In this document: one piece after another, positions 12,180-26,748 of the stretch
Layout of the letters: each line of letters opens with the position of its first letter
How positions within the stretch are numbered: the stretch's first letter is position 1
Origin: Octopus vulgaris
Taxonomy: Eukaryota
Assembly (NCBI GenBank): GCA_951406725.2
Contig: OX597816.1
Span: 85,064,001 to 85,128,000, forward strand
Reading direction: 5' to 3'
Length of the DNA stretch: 64,000 bases
Program-made: the position numbers and the translations under genes
Notes under the pieces: model-generated
Told to the model about the DNA's origin: nothing
The model's database searches: none
Seen by the model: the letters and a program-made list of their open reading frames with translations, nothing else

Positions 12180-12522
12180 ATTTATCGGTTACATTTTTCA
12201 TTCGTTGTACTGCAGCTATACTACTGCATCGCTTGGACGGTTTAGTTGACGAAATAGATCTCAGTACATATTTTTTCTAGAATTTATACATGTTATTTCT
12301 CTCTTTTGCCGAATAGCTAGGTTAAAGAAACGTAAACAAAGCAACACCGGTTGTCAAGTAGTGTGGCAAAAGACTAAAAGACAGTGAGACCCACGCACAC
12401 GCGCGCACACTCACACAGTCGCACACATATGCATGCATACGACGGGCCTGCGCACGGTGCCACAACGTGAGACTGGACTCGAAATCCCATAACTACAAAG
12501 CAACACCTTAATCACACAGGCA
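12180..12522 (-). mobile_element. Degraded SINE family A
   Basis: CTCTTTTGCCGAA...CGTAAACAAAGCAACACCGGTTGTCAAG is similar to 5350-5410. Confidence 0.65.
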
Positions 12523-13044
12523 TGATATGATTAATAGACATAATGAACTTTTGTTTTGCTGCCCACATATATACAGTAAAATATTTTTAGGGTTTCCAAG
12601 CAAAATCTTAAAAGTTTTGAATACCTGGATACAAACAGATAAATGCAATAATTTAATTAGTTACTAATGATTATATTTTCACCAATAAGCCACACACATT
12701 TTGATATTATCAGAAATACTCTCCTATCTAACCTGTATTTGAGTTAATTAGCTCGACAATTGGGTAACATTTTACGGATTCTCCTTTCTTACTTCTTATC
12801 TACTCACTAAATAGTATCATAGCGACTTCATTTCTATTTAAAATTTTATCCTATCAGCCGATTCTATATTCTAAGTGTCTATATCTATCAAATCTAACGT
12901 AATTTAATTTGACGCTTCTTTTCAATATGCTTTATGGAATAGAATTCTATTTACCAACTGTTAACAAGAAATTCTCAAATATTCTTGAAAGTCAAATTTT
13001 TTATATCATGTCTTCTACACATTCTCCTTTGTAACAGACAGGTT

Positions 13045-13086
<42 letters not shown>

Positions 13087-13096
13087 CGTGTGTGTG

Positions 13097-13140
<44 letters not shown>

Positions 13141-13184
13141 CACACACACACACACACACTCACACATATATATGTATATGCATA

Positions 13185-13366
13185 GAAAAAAGTCAAGATA
13201 GAAAATGCTAAAATAATTTTATTAAAAACATTTCAGTGCCGTTTTCAGTCATTGAGACTGTTAGTATGGAAACCAATTAAATTTTGGAAACATTAAAAGA
13301 AAAGTTTTTTTTAAAGAATATTTGCATAGTGTTCAAATACAAGTGGTATTTTCCTTGTTTCTGCTG
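13185..13366 (-). mobile_element. Short repeat between microsatellite tracts carrying the same tail as the U6 chimeras, without U6 (possible PLE terminal repeat)
   Basis: Minus strand reads ...CAGTCTCAATGACTGAAAACGGCA|CTGAAATGTTTTTAATAAAATTATTTTAGCATTTTCTATCTTGACTTTTTTC. Confidence 0.65.
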
Positions 13367-14011
13367 TATATATATATATACATTAATTAGTTTATATGTA
13401 ATTGTTTATGTTTTCTCTCACGAACTTAACTTCACAAACGTCCATTAACTACAATATTGCCCAAGATCATGAATTAGTCATAGGATAATAACAAATGGGA
13501 GGACATCCGAAAACTCTACTATCAACTACACCGTTCCACTAATTCTGACTGTCTCTTGCTTCCTCAACATTCGACAAATAATTTAAAGGCTTTGAGGAGA
13601 ATGGTTTGAAAGATGACTGTTCCACAAATCGCTTGTTTAATTAATCAAATAATTGATCGATTAAGCATGCAAACTACAGTAATTAATGGGTACAGGTCTA
13701 CGAGTAGTTGCAAACATATGTAAGCAAATAAACTATCATATGAAGAAAACCTTTCATTCTTTATTTGATTACTCTGTATGTGTGCGTGTGTGTTTACTGT
13801 CTGTGTGTTTTCGTGTGTGCGTGTGCGTGTGCGTGTGTTTGTGTATGTATGTGTGTGCGCGCGTATGTGTATTTCAGTTTTCCTTGGTCACCGAACGTCT
13901 AGATTGTTTAATGTAGTCTGGTTGGGTACGAGAAATTCGCGTAATGCATAAGATGTGTTTACTAAGATTATGCCGATAGACACTTGGAGGAGAGCAAGTC
14001 AATGACACACA

Positions 14012-14069
<58 letters not shown>

Positions 14070-17000
14070 TACACACACACACGCACACTCACATACCCTC
14101 ATGTATTAGAAGTTTAAAAACGCAAGACATCTGGTTGATATAAATTTCATTGAAAATTTAGTGAATACGTGATATTCATGAAATAAAGTTCTCTTCTGAG
14201 TATTACACTGACTATTACAATAACTCTGTATCGAAGAAGAAAAAAAGAGAAATGATATATAATTTCGACAAAATAAAGTAAAATATAGTTCGATTATTCT
14301 TTCAGCTTTTTTTCCTTTTCTCTTAGAGGTAGAAATCGAATGCGAGACGTATCGTTCTAAAAGTCTTTGTTTCATCCATCACATCGCTGTTAATCCTCAA
14401 GCCAGTTTTGTACTGCCACTTACCGCACTCACATATTCGTCGATTTCAGCTTTCCCTCTACTTTTCAGGAGAAAGATAGACACATTTACGTCTATCTTTC
14501 TCCTGAAATCCTTTCTTGTCGGTTCCTTTTGCGCTGTGACCTCTCACCCAAAATAATTCTTCTTTTCAGCTAATGTTTAAATTACTCCTCTGTATAGTAT
14601 TGCATTCTTCTGATTTTCCTTTTAATCTTCTGACTCACCTCTTCCATTTTCTGCTGACATATACTATAGTTGGTAAGACATACATTTAATAAACCTTTAG
14701 CCATGGGTATCTTGGCTGCTGCACAGTGTTAAATATTTCTAAGGCTTTCGATTTTTCCATTTATATCTCTTAAAATGAGGCATCTGAGAAACCTTGTGAT
14801 CCACTGGTCCAAGGCAATTTTCATATACTTTGTAGTCTATGTAGCGAAGATAGTATTCATTTCCCGATTAATTGCATGTAGATCCCAAATATCTATAACT
14901 CATAATCCACTAGAATGAAAGATCCATATGTCAAAGAGATTCGATGTTTTCACTACTCGCGCACTTTATTAATTAATTGATGGCTTCATTTAAAGCTACC
15001 CAATGTAGAAGTGCTAATGGTGAATTTAGCCTTCTTTTAATCATTGCATGATTAATTTTCGCATGGAATAGTTTAGTTTTAAAATTAGTTTATTCCTTGG
15101 AACATAACAAATTCTCTCAATCTAACAGGGTAGTTAAACGACAAAAGCCGTAGTGAATCATGCAAAACTTTATTGCCATTAGAACTGTGGAAAAGAATTT
15201 TCAAATGAATATTAGGCTTCTGTTTTGTCGCTGCACAAGCGGTAAAGATTTAGTGACTTGTGGACACTTAACTATCACCTTCATCAAACTTGGTGTTACA
15301 TGTATTCCAAACGATCTAATAAATTAAGTGTTCCTCGAAAGCAGCCAAACTGATTACAGGTACAAGAGAACACAAGGAAAGAATCTCTGTACCTCGTTTT
15401 CCTCGGAGTAAATTTTCCAGCGACAAGTACTGAGAGTGGCATACAAGCGAGTTTGCTTATTAAAGCAAAATGCCTCGGCTAATACCGCTTTCATCTACTG
15501 GGTGTAATGCTACAACGAGTACCTAATCAAAGTATCCAGTGCTGTATCAATGCATTGGTGATTCATTCTCTCTCTCTCTCTTTTCTGACGTAGCTTTTCG
15601 AATAGATATCTCTCCAGCCTTCAAGTATAGCGCTCTATGCGCGTAAATAAGTTTATGAAAATACCAGAAAACTTCCAGGAGGAAGATACTTCGTCAGGCC
15701 ACTGTATGGTATGGAGGACCATAACTTCTCACTGAACAAAATGTGTGTAGATGAACCCCAACGAGATTGATAGACTTGCCATGCTTCAAACTCCAAACAC
15801 ACAGATATATATTTTAATTACAGGCCCTGTATACCTTGAAGCAATGAAATTCAGGTGGTGTTCAAAATTGTAAATGCAATAGATTTCTAAAAACCATAAA
15901 ACATGCTCCCTAGTAGTATGTGGATTAAATAGAAATGGCGATCTTTACAATGTAGTGTATCAAATATAATTTCCACCAATACAGGGAAGTATTTTCGCTA
16001 AAAAGAAAAATAAGTTTATTCAAGTAAAGACTAAGCGTGGACAAATTTCTGATCTGTGGAAATGCGTGTGGTATCAAAGGATGAGGTAGTCGGAAAGCGG
16101 GTGTAGCCAGACGTGAGAAATTTTTGGCGACAATATTTTTTGATACCTGAAAGAAATTCAGAGAAATATCTTGTTTCAAGATTGTAAGGGTAAGTATCTT
16201 TTTTATTTCTTGTCGGGCAAAGCCACATACGAGGGAGTTATGAACTTTACGTAAATTCCTGCCTTCAAAAAGTTACGTATCTTACGATTAAGGTGGCAGC
16301 AGTGTACCGAATTTGTTTACAATATGACATGTGTTGAAATAGTCAGACAAATATATCAACATCGGGGCTTCTGACGAAGCAGAAAACGGCCACATATACA
16401 GCCGTCTTAAAATAGTTGTACATTCAATATAATACATTTAAATGGAGATAATAAAATACATATTACGGGAATCATGTTAGCATTTACTCTGCAATACTTA
16501 ACATGAAAATATCTTGTGAAATTTAGTGTATATGAAACAAAATATTGATACTTATTTTTTTTTAAACGTTTTTACTTTACCACCTTATCTAAGTACCATC
16601 ATAAGTTAATTGTAAAACAATCTAGTATTTAATTGAATCTTTCTCATCTTGTGTATTTAAATCGTGTCAATGTCAATATTTGTATTTATTTCTTCGAATT
16701 ATATTCAAGATATTTAAATCATTAGGAACAGCGATTGTTTACACAAGTTAAAAAAGGGCCGTTGTTTGCTTCTACTTCATAATACTGGGAGACGACTTTT
16801 CTAAATTTAAATATGATAGAACCATTTAATATTCATTTCTAAGAAGACACATTTCTTTTGCATTCAGAGTAAATTATCAACTGTCATTGGACAGGCGTCA
16901 CATCAAAACTTTAAATTGCTTCCGGAGAGATTTCAAAATCTTTTTGCTTCATAAGACAAAATAGAAAGATTTCTGTTTATTTGATTCTTGCAAAATATAA

Positions 17001-17548
17001 AATGATATTACAAAGAATATAACACAGGAACAAAGATAAGATTAAGTATTTAGGCAAAAAAAAAAAAAAACAACAACCACAAACCAAAAAAGTAAAGAGC
17101 ATGCACAAAATATATACACATCCATCTACACTATGCTAAATAGACTTCATAAAATTCAACTAAGACGAATTCCACGAATGACGATAATTTCAGTTACATA
17201 AGCTATATTTATCCGGCGGGTGTGATGTAATGACACACACGCGCACACACACACACACACACACAGACACGCACACACGCATGTATATATATAATTAAAA
17301 TATAAAAAGTATAAGAAGTATAAGATGAGCAGAGGGTTTTTAAGTTGTTAATGGTATTAAAATATATAAATTAGTTGCGCAGTTATATAGCCGTTTTATT
17401 TATTGTTTAAGTTTTAAACTTCTGAACTACATATCGATAGTAATGCTCACATTTGGTGCATTTCATGTCTGTCTTCCTTGTTATATATGTATATATATGC
17501 ATGTATGTAGGTATGTATGTATATATATATATGTTTGTATATATTTTT

Positions 17549-17590
<42 letters not shown>

Positions 17591-20069
17591 ATATATATAC
17601 ATACATATATACATGCATATGCATTTATATACATACACACGCACACACAAACACACACATATATATATATATGTGTGTGTGTGTGCGTGTCTAATGTGCG
17701 TGTATATGTTAGTTTAGCGTGTGTATGTGTGAATGTATATACTCATCTCTTTATCTCTCAACATACCCTCACACGCATACGCACACATATTTTGTGTGTT
17801 ATCCTCTTCGAATTTGGTTGCATCAACGCGGAATACACGACGCAAATGTAGAGTTTTAGATTCTTTCCTTTGAACATTGGCAATATGTTCGTTTCAACTG
17901 ACAAGATATTGTCAAGCGGAAAGTATGTTAGAAGTTATTGTTTTGCTAGATTTAAGTAGAGCACCGCAAAAACTAAATGAATTCATTGTGACTAGTAATC
18001 ATAAACAATATTATAATGATGCGGATCAATAAATATAAAACGACCACAAACCAGACCTGAATAGAAAACGACGCATTAGATTGATTAACTGAGCTAAGTC
18101 GAATACAGAGGACATTACAAAGAAATAAACTGTTCTCAAAGACTAAATATAAAAAGTAACTTAATCTGTAGATTAACCCATTTATGATAATTGAGTGGTT
18201 TAGATATAACACTTAGTGATATGAATTAATGATAAGCCATGGGCTACGTAAAAATAGTTTTGATAAGGCCAGTTACTTTTCTCTCTAAAGGAAGACATTT
18301 GTTATGTTCCATGAACTACCCATACTAATGACTGTAAAATATGATTTACTCTCCAAGTTAGAGAGAGTCTAGCAAATTTCGATAAGTCATTCGGATAATA
18401 CATCGCTAAAAATTCACTTTAATTTATGTAGCGATGTTAGTAACTTGGCGTAGATAACGGGCCTGGTCGGGTTGCATATTGTCTGCAATATAGAATTATG
18501 TCTAACACATAGGTCCGGACTATAGCAAGATAGTCTCGTTATTACAACAGGCAGAAACTCGCAGAATAATGACAGTAGTAGGAATATCTTCCACTAGTTT
18601 TTAGGGAGCTAATGTTATTAATTTCAACGATATAAAATCTTAGATAACTGTATATACTGCCATATAGAAAACCAAAACAAATAATCCATTATGTGAGCAA
18701 ATATGTCAACTAATATACGACCATTACAAAATCCTAGTGAAAGCTAACTTTCTTTAGGATTTCTAGAATTTTGGCAAAAGAAAATATCTGATAAGGCTTC
18801 GAAACATAGTATATAGAATTATAGGTTTTCGGTAGAAATAACAACTACCAAAGGGAAAAAGGAACAACACGAAAAACAAAAATAAATATGTGAAAGTAAT
18901 CTGGTATAATCCACCACACCAACCGTCGGTTGCTACAAATTTGTAACAATATATGTCTTATTCATAAACACTTTCACATAAATAGAAATTGGGCAGAAAT
19001 TTTAACCAAAATAATGATGAAGTATTAACGTCCACTATCCATCACATATTAGTGAGCATAGTATTTTCATAATAGCCAAAATGTGTAGTTGTAATAGTTG
19101 TATACCTAATGATAGCGCATATCACTCCCGGTTGTGGCTTTATGAAAAATCATAATACATTATTGAACGTGGTTAAGACAACAGTATAAAAATCATGGAA
19201 TTTTGCTGTCATACTTTAATTACTCTATTCTCACTCATTGTATATTTCTTTCCTTCGAAACAATGCTGGTCATGTTGCTACTATTATTTATCCGAATATA
19301 TTTTTGGTTTTAGATAAACATTGGCAGCGTTGTATAATTGATTTTCTTTCGATATATAAATCAGGAAAAGTGTTGAGAGTGTCAGACCCTATATTTGTAT
19401 ATCGTATGACCAATATAGATATTTCCCGACTAAACTACGCCTGAAGTGCCTGTTCTATACAATACATAAGTCCCTATTAGGTAGGTATGCCATTCAGATA
19501 TGCGAATTTAAATTACATCGAGATCAGGCTGATTGCATAATGTTTCTATATATCCTGTAGGGGTTAAGTTGTCGTGAACCGCTATTGCCTATGCAACTAT
19601 AACTAATTGCAATAAACTTTGAATGTTCTGTGATATCTGTGGTTTGTAAGAAAATATGGTCGCAATAGATAAAAAAAACAACTATTTTCATATTAACATT
19701 TATTGTTACAGTTAGGAATATTTTGGCTTAATATACTTTAAATTACCTTCTTTCGCATTCGGTTTGCCTCTTGCCTACCTTGTATATACAACATAAGCAC
19801 ATTATCCGTATATAATTCTATATTGATTTATAATTGCTCCTATGTTGCTCCTGAGTGTATGTAGGATATGCATACGAAAGATATTGCTATCGACGTTCGT
19901 ACCATACTTCCACAGAAAGTTTGTAAAGTAACTTATCCTGTATATTCACCAAATATGAAACGCCATGACATAACAGCAATACCGCAAAGTGTATGATTAT
20001 AGAAATATCCGACTGTGCTATAGTAGTACGTGTGCGAGAGAGAGGGAGAGAAAGAGAGAAAGAAAGTGA

Positions 20070-20460
20070 GTCTTTGTGTCTGTCCTCCAGCTGCTTGATA
20101 ACCGATGTTGGTCTGTTTACATCCCCATAAATTGCGGTTCGGCAAGAAGCAGATACAATAATCTTGAAGCTTAAAATAAGAACCGAGGTCTATTCATTCT
20201 ACTAAAAGTCTCCAAAGTAATGCCCCAGCACGGGCGCAGTCCAATAACCGAAACAAAGGATAAAAGGTAGAAGTTGTATTTGCTGATAATTTATGTATTG
20301 AGTTTTTTATAAACCTGTAATTATGTTTGCAGTGAGATATGGCTCACAAGGCTTCTGTCAACCCGAGTTTATAGTAGAAGACACTTGTCCACGGTGCCTC
20401 GGGATTGAACCCAGGACCATGCGGTTGGTAAGCAAGCTACTTACTACACAGCCACTCCTA
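20070..20460. mobile_element. Two SINE family A fragments: 3' half on + (~20070-20265), 5' part on - (~20340-20460)
   Basis: GCTTGATAACCGATGTTGGTCTGTTTACATCCCC and GCAAGCTACTTACTACACAGCCACTCCT match the full-length copies. Confidence 0.75.
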
Positions 20461-20529
20461 TGTCTATATATATAAAAAGTATGGAGAGATAAAATGCTTG
20501 TACCTGGACACAATATAAAAAGCAGGTTC

Positions 20530-21560
20530 TATCTCTGATCTTGGGGAAACCAAAAACGTAACAAATATTTAGCCATATACGGGCATGATCCAAAAGTTCC
20601 AGTTCTTGAATTTAGACTTGTAGCGGAGTCTAAGCTGCTTTTCCAGATGAGCCATCTTTCCATTTCACAGAGACTGCACTTACCACTGCCATTGTGTAAG
20701 GCTTGCACTTGGCTAAGGTCTTCCAATGGATTTTGTAACTGGCACCTTTATCTTTTAAGAACCATATATGACATAATTTGGTCGTTTTCCTTTTATCCCG
20801 GTGCCTGAAGCTCAAGGTGTGAACTTGACCTTAAATTTCCTCCTTAAAATTAAAAAGGTCCACATATTTCTTTGTCGAAACTGTGTCCTTAGTGGTTGTA
20901 GTGTCTACGGTGGTTTCATAAATGATGGCCTTAGACATGCAAGCTCCACTTAGTGGGCAGACATTTTTATCCCTGCATGAACAGTTGATTTCATTTTGTG
21001 GTTTTTGTGTGTTGTGTGTGATTATATTTTTAAAATTAATAGTTGAGCTGAAACTGATTTTTAAGTTATGTCTATTAAAGAGCTTTCTGTAACTATGATT
21101 GACATGAAAATGTCTATCTATCTGTGATAAAAAATACTTACCTATATTATTGGTCACTTGGGGGGAGTATGTGGTGTGAACCAGATAGTTTTCCTATTCC
21201 TATGTTTGCTTTTCTTTATTACTAGACTGGTGACAGGTGTATAGGTTATTTCCCCGCTAAATCTTTTAGAGCATTATTATACACTGGGGCAACGCTATTA
21301 ATATTGTCGGAGATGCTAGAAATTCTTTTGCTAATGGTTTTAACTAAATTTTTAAACAATATAGGGTGATGGCAGGAACCTACTTTAATATAACTAAGTC
21401 TATATTTGGGCTACCTATTTGGGTTTATAAATATTCTTATTTAGATCTAAGCATACAACTAGGAATTAAACCGTCAGATTGGTATCTGTAGTTATGCTAA
21501 GACCGAAAGATTTCATCATCTGGATAATGTCCTTCCTAAACCGATCTTGTGCTGCTCTAT
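20530..21560 (-). mobile_element. Penelope-like retroelement fragment: RT C-terminus plus GIY-YIG endonuclease (possibly Naiad-like), frameshifted
   Basis: ORFs 20831-21157, 20630-20815 and 20529-20726 give TNNIGKYFL..IDRHF...KLFNRHNLKISFS, NCSCRDKNVCPLSGAC, IIYETTV..KKYV, SFRHRDK..TKL..IWFLKD, CSLCEMERWLI and LNSRTG...CPY. Confidence 0.8.
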
Positions 21561-22544
21561 TGGTATTTATGCTTAAAGTTAGGGCATCATCTTTGTAAAT
21601 GGCGAAATATACAGCAGGAAAAGTTTTCCCCAACGTATCGAATAGGAATAGTCCAATGAGATCGCATATGCCCCGACATCCGAAACTCGGAGTCTTATTA
21701 TGGCAACAGAATAATTGTTACATATTATATTACATATATATGTACATATATTTATATTCATGCACTGTTTTATAATTTACGAATTCCTAATTGAAAAATG
21801 TTGAATCATACCAGGATCTGATTTCAAAGAAGGAACCACTTTTAACAAACAAGTAAAACATATCATTAGTAGCGAGATTATTGTTTGAAATGTTGAGTGC
21901 ATAGTCTCCAATTATTGTGAGATACATTAATTGTATTTAGTTCAACAATGTGATTCCTATGTAGCACAGTATCTGACTAGCATCCTTAGAAATAAACTAA
22001 GCAACACAACGAAAAGTAACGTACTTATGTAGGTTGAAATAACCGCACATATTTAATGAAAAATGTATTGTTTTGAAGATGTCAGACAAACGGTGCTATC
22101 GGTAAAATAGTTACAGGAATTAAGACAAATGGGTAGTGGTGTCTGTAAGAACATGAAAAGCAACAGTGTGAAAAATACTAACTGAAAGTTCTGCTTACGA
22201 TTTGGCTTCAACTTACCTGACAAACATAGCTATTTGAACGTCAACAAGAAATAAAGTACAACACCAAATATATAACAAAATTGATTGTAATTGTAAATGA
22301 TGGTTTTCAGATGCTGATATATCACGTAGAGACGGAAAGGTCTTAACCTAATTTAATTGAAATTGTTGTTAGCTTGAGTGGTGTTACTTTTTCCTTTCTT
22401 ACTCTAGATATTGATTGCAGAGCACAATGGTCATTTAAGTAGAAGCCTGTGGAGGATTTTATTGAAGATACGTCGTCTGGCTCACAGGCACTCATCACTT
22501 CCATTTCTCAGACGTCTCAATGTCTATAAATGTAATGACGCCAA

Positions 22545-22581
<37 letters not shown>

Positions 22582-23032
22582 TATATCTATATATCTATAT
22601 ATATATATATACATATATATGCATATGTATATATGTACACATACATAGATACATAGATATATAGATATATATATATAATATATGCTTATATACATACATG
22701 CACACACGCACACATACAAATACAGGCAAGCATGCGCGCGCACACGCACACACATTGGTGTGTACACTCAAACTCATTTACTTTTAAATTTTGTCTTTGT
22801 ATGGAAATGTCATTTTGTTATTTCCGATTTGTGTGGTGGCTATACGTTTAGTTGTTTTGAAGGGATATCTAAAATATTATATTATATACAGACTAAAATG
22901 ATGCAAGCATTTTTGTTCGATTAGAATATTATGTTTCCCAAGTATTACACCATCAGTGATTCTACCGAGAACGGTTTATTTGGATCGGGGGAACAGTAGA
23001 ATGTTTACCACAGTAAAATATACGAATTTGTG

Positions 23033-23330
23033 TGAAAGCGCGTGGATTTGTGATTAGGACATTCGGCTCTCGATCGTAAAATCGTGAATTCAATTCCCGG
23101 CGACGCGTTATGTCCTTGAGCAAGACAATTTATTTCACGTTGCTCCAGTCTGCTCAGCTGGCAAAAATGAGTAGTACCTGTATTTCAAAGGTACTACATT
23201 TAGTGTCATGCTGAATTTCTCTGAGAACTACGTTTAGGGTACCCGTTAATGTCGCGAGCAAGCTGTTCTGCTGATCGTATCAGCAGGGACACTCGTCGCT
23301 GTAAACGGCAGTGCTCCTTTATCTCACCAG
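23033..23330 (+). mobile_element. tRNA-derived SINE related to family B
   Basis: Head GAAAGCGCGTGG...GAATTCAATTCC, followed by GTCCTTGAGCAAGAC..TTTATTTCACGTTGCTCCAG. Confidence 0.7.
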
Positions 23331-24029
23331 AGTCATTGATTGTGCCAGCGTTATAAAGGCACACAAAATCATAGACAAACTCAGGCACCAATTCAGACAA
23401 AAAAAAAAAAAACTCAGCACAAGGTTGGATTCAATAATTTAGCTCGGCTGAGCCAATTGACAGTCATTCAGGAGTATTTCCAACATTCAAAAGAAATCTG
23501 TCCGTGACAGCAGATGAACGAGACAAACGTCAAATATAGGTGGATAAAAACACGTAACCGTCTGATTGGTGTATTTTTCAAGAATGTGCGCTGAACGTAA
23601 ACTTTCATTCTGAGTGGGCATTGAGTCAGTCCACTCTTCAACCACTATTATAATCCTAATCACTTTTCTCATAGCATGTTCCATGCCTTTTATCGTAAGG
23701 CTAAGGTTAGAGGGGCATATTTATCACAATAACGCGTTTTCGTTCATTTGACCAACGTTCGATAGAAAATTGAAGAAGAGATTCAGAGAAAATTACAATT
23801 TCCATTTGCATTATTCTGTTCTGATGCTCGAACAGAAATCTGGAAAATCGAGACGTTTCGTAAATATCAAAGGAAATACATCCATCCATCTATTCATCCA
23901 TCTATCTGTCAACCATCCATCCACTCATACATACATACATATACATACACACATACACAGACACATGTACAACCACACGCACACACACACGCGCGCGCAT
24001 ATGAGTAGATAGATATCGTTGCTATTATG

Positions 24030-25790
24030 CAAAAGGGTGTAAGTCCTAGACATTGCTTTTCCAGAAAATGAAAAAAAACCTTTGTACAAATTTTATTATC
24101 TTGGTATCTGAAGCAGCTGGAGATACGAATAGTTTGACCAAAAGAACTGGCTATTGCAGGCACAAATAATTATTTTAAAAAACCGCATTTGGCTAAATTT
24201 GGACATACGAGAGTTTAAGGTAATAGCAACGATATACACGATATATATATGCCTACATACATACATACATACATACATTTCGCAAAATTTTCTAAATTCA
24301 CTGGTCAGAAATTGTGTTACATTATCAGATGCAATCAGGTCTGGAATACCAAATCTTGCGATTAATTCGTGCAAAGAATTTATCTCCGTTTCGGAGGTTT
24401 GTCTTTTGTATCTAACAATTTCCGGCCATTTTGTAAAACTGTTAACTACTACTAAATAGTAATAGCTATTTAACAAACCGGCAAAATCGATATGTAGTCT
24501 TGACCATGCATTTTTTACTTCTGGCCAAGACTCCCATTTTTGAGTAGGCAATTTCTCACCCAGAGCACATCCTCTGCAGTCTTTTACTCCATTTTCAACT
24601 CCCTTGTCCATTTTCGGTCAATACACTTAACTGCGCATATGCGGTTTCACCCTTGCAATCCCTGGATGTCCAATATGGAATTCTTTCAACATTCTTTTGT
24701 GTGAAGTCTCAAGTATCACTACCCTTTGGCCATACATCAGTACGCCGTCGCATGTTGAATATATATTCACCTGTTGCTGTTTTTTCTTACCGAACCTATT
24801 TTCATTTTTTTTATCTGTCCACAGAGTCTTTTCTGATGAACCTATCTTTTGACGCGTGTCGCGTTATCGCCTCTAGAATTATTGGTAACTCTCGTACAAT
24901 GGTCCACATTATGTATTTGATTTCCCCTTCTTAGGACTGCTATTACTGTGTTCTCAAATGGTTCGCAATATCTGGGTATTAACCTGGATAGGACGTCAGC
25001 ATCTCCTAGCTTTTTGAAAGAAGGTAAATATTTTATTGCATAATTGTAGTTTACTTGTATAGTGCCCCACTGCTGCAACTTATTTGCTGTGTGTACTGGA
25101 ATACCTATCTTGGATCCATAAATCGTAAGCAACGGGCGATGGTCTGTGTGTTGTCTAAACCGTCTACCATGTATAAACCTTTGGTACATATTTATGCCAA
25201 AGATAATTGAATGCCTCTTTTTCAATTTGGATAGGATATTTTATCCGCTGGCGACAGCGTCCTTGGCTGCCATCTTCACATTTTTGTAGGAGTAAAGCAC
25301 CTACACCGTACTCGAAAACATATGTTGTCAGTATTGTTTCCAAATTTTGATCGAAGATTGTAAGAGACAAGCATGACCTTAACATGATTTTTTAGTTCCT
25401 CAAATGCCTCAAATCATTTGGCATCCTTTTTTAACAGCTCCTTTAGTGGAGCCCTTGTGTTGTGTGTGTTCGGGATATATACTCGATAGTATTTTACCAG
25501 GCCTAAAAGTGCTTGTAAGAATTTGACGTTCATTGGGGGTGATATATTCCGTATTGCTGTCACCATTGACATTTATATCTCTTGATCTAAATATTTGATT
25601 TTTTTCATCACAAACTCACACTTTCCTCCTGTTACGTCTAAACTCGTACGAAGTGTTGCTCCACTGATCACTCTTTATCAAAATATAATCAAGATAAGCC
25701 GTAGCGAAGTTGCAATCATTTAACATTGCGTCCATCACTTGCTGGATTATGGCAGGTACCACTTTTACTCCAAAAGGAAGCTGCTCTGGG
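24030..25790 (-). mobile_element. Decayed Ty3/Gypsy pol (RT-RNaseH-integrase), no LTRs seen
   Basis: LPFGVKVVPAIIQQVMD...AYLDYILI (RT); YGVGALLLQ, QIEKEA and HTDHRPLLTIYG...DADVLSRL (RNase H); WSRLHIDFAG...FGIPDLIASDNVTQF (integrase). The domain order RT-RH-INT is Gypsy-type. Confidence 0.92.
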
Positions 25791-25931
25791 CGACTATTTC
25801 CCCAGCAATACGACCTAACCGATCACAACGCTGCTCTCCAGTTTCCCTTTTTGCGCTGAAGTCATTCGAAGTGCATTCAGAGAGTTCACATACCAGACAG
25901 ACAACTTGCCTTTTGGGACATATACACACAC

Positions 25932-25992
<61 letters not shown>

Positions 25993-26276
25993 GGTGGTGC
26001 TATTAAGTTAGACACATCTAAGTTTATCTAAGTTTATATATATATATATATGCATATATATTCATTTATGGGTTTCGGCGGTTGGACGGCAGGTGTATCG
26101 CAGCTTATATTATTAATAATTATAATTATTATTTAAAATAGTTTTATTCGGTTCTTTATGACTTAATGTTTCTCAGGCTTTCTACAGAAACATAGGTCAT
26201 TCATACAGTGTAGATGCAGAGCTGAGTGCTTTGTATTTTTTCTCCATTGCATGTATATATATATATTTATATATAT

Positions 26277-26340
<64 letters not shown>

Positions 26341-26708
26341 TGAGGCATTTATGTGTAATAATGCCCTCTATACAATATAGATATAATTAATTTGTTCAAA
26401 AGAAAAAAATTATTTTCGAATTCTTTTCTTTTATGAGGTTTTTCACGCTAACTACCTGATAATTTCTTGTTAAGATTCCTTATTAAGAAGTTATCCTTAA
26501 TTGTTAAATTTATATATATATATATATACATGCATAGACACACGCACACATATATACATGAAGGTACGTAGTAAACATGCAAACATATCAAATTACCCGA
26601 TCTCTCCATAGAAACTTTAAGTCACAAGAAACCGAATCAAGCTCTTTTAAATAATAATTATGATTATTAATATTCTAAGCTGCGACATGGCTGATGTCGG
26701 AATATATT

Positions 26709-26748
<40 letters not shown>

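Noticed and set aside
14690-14950. NISKAFD motif suggesting a LINE RT remnant
   Set aside because: Only one motif is visible; too decayed to delimit or classify.
15360-16190. Several short plus-strand segments with splice-like ends
   Set aside because: Multiple stops in all frames examined and no identifiable protein.
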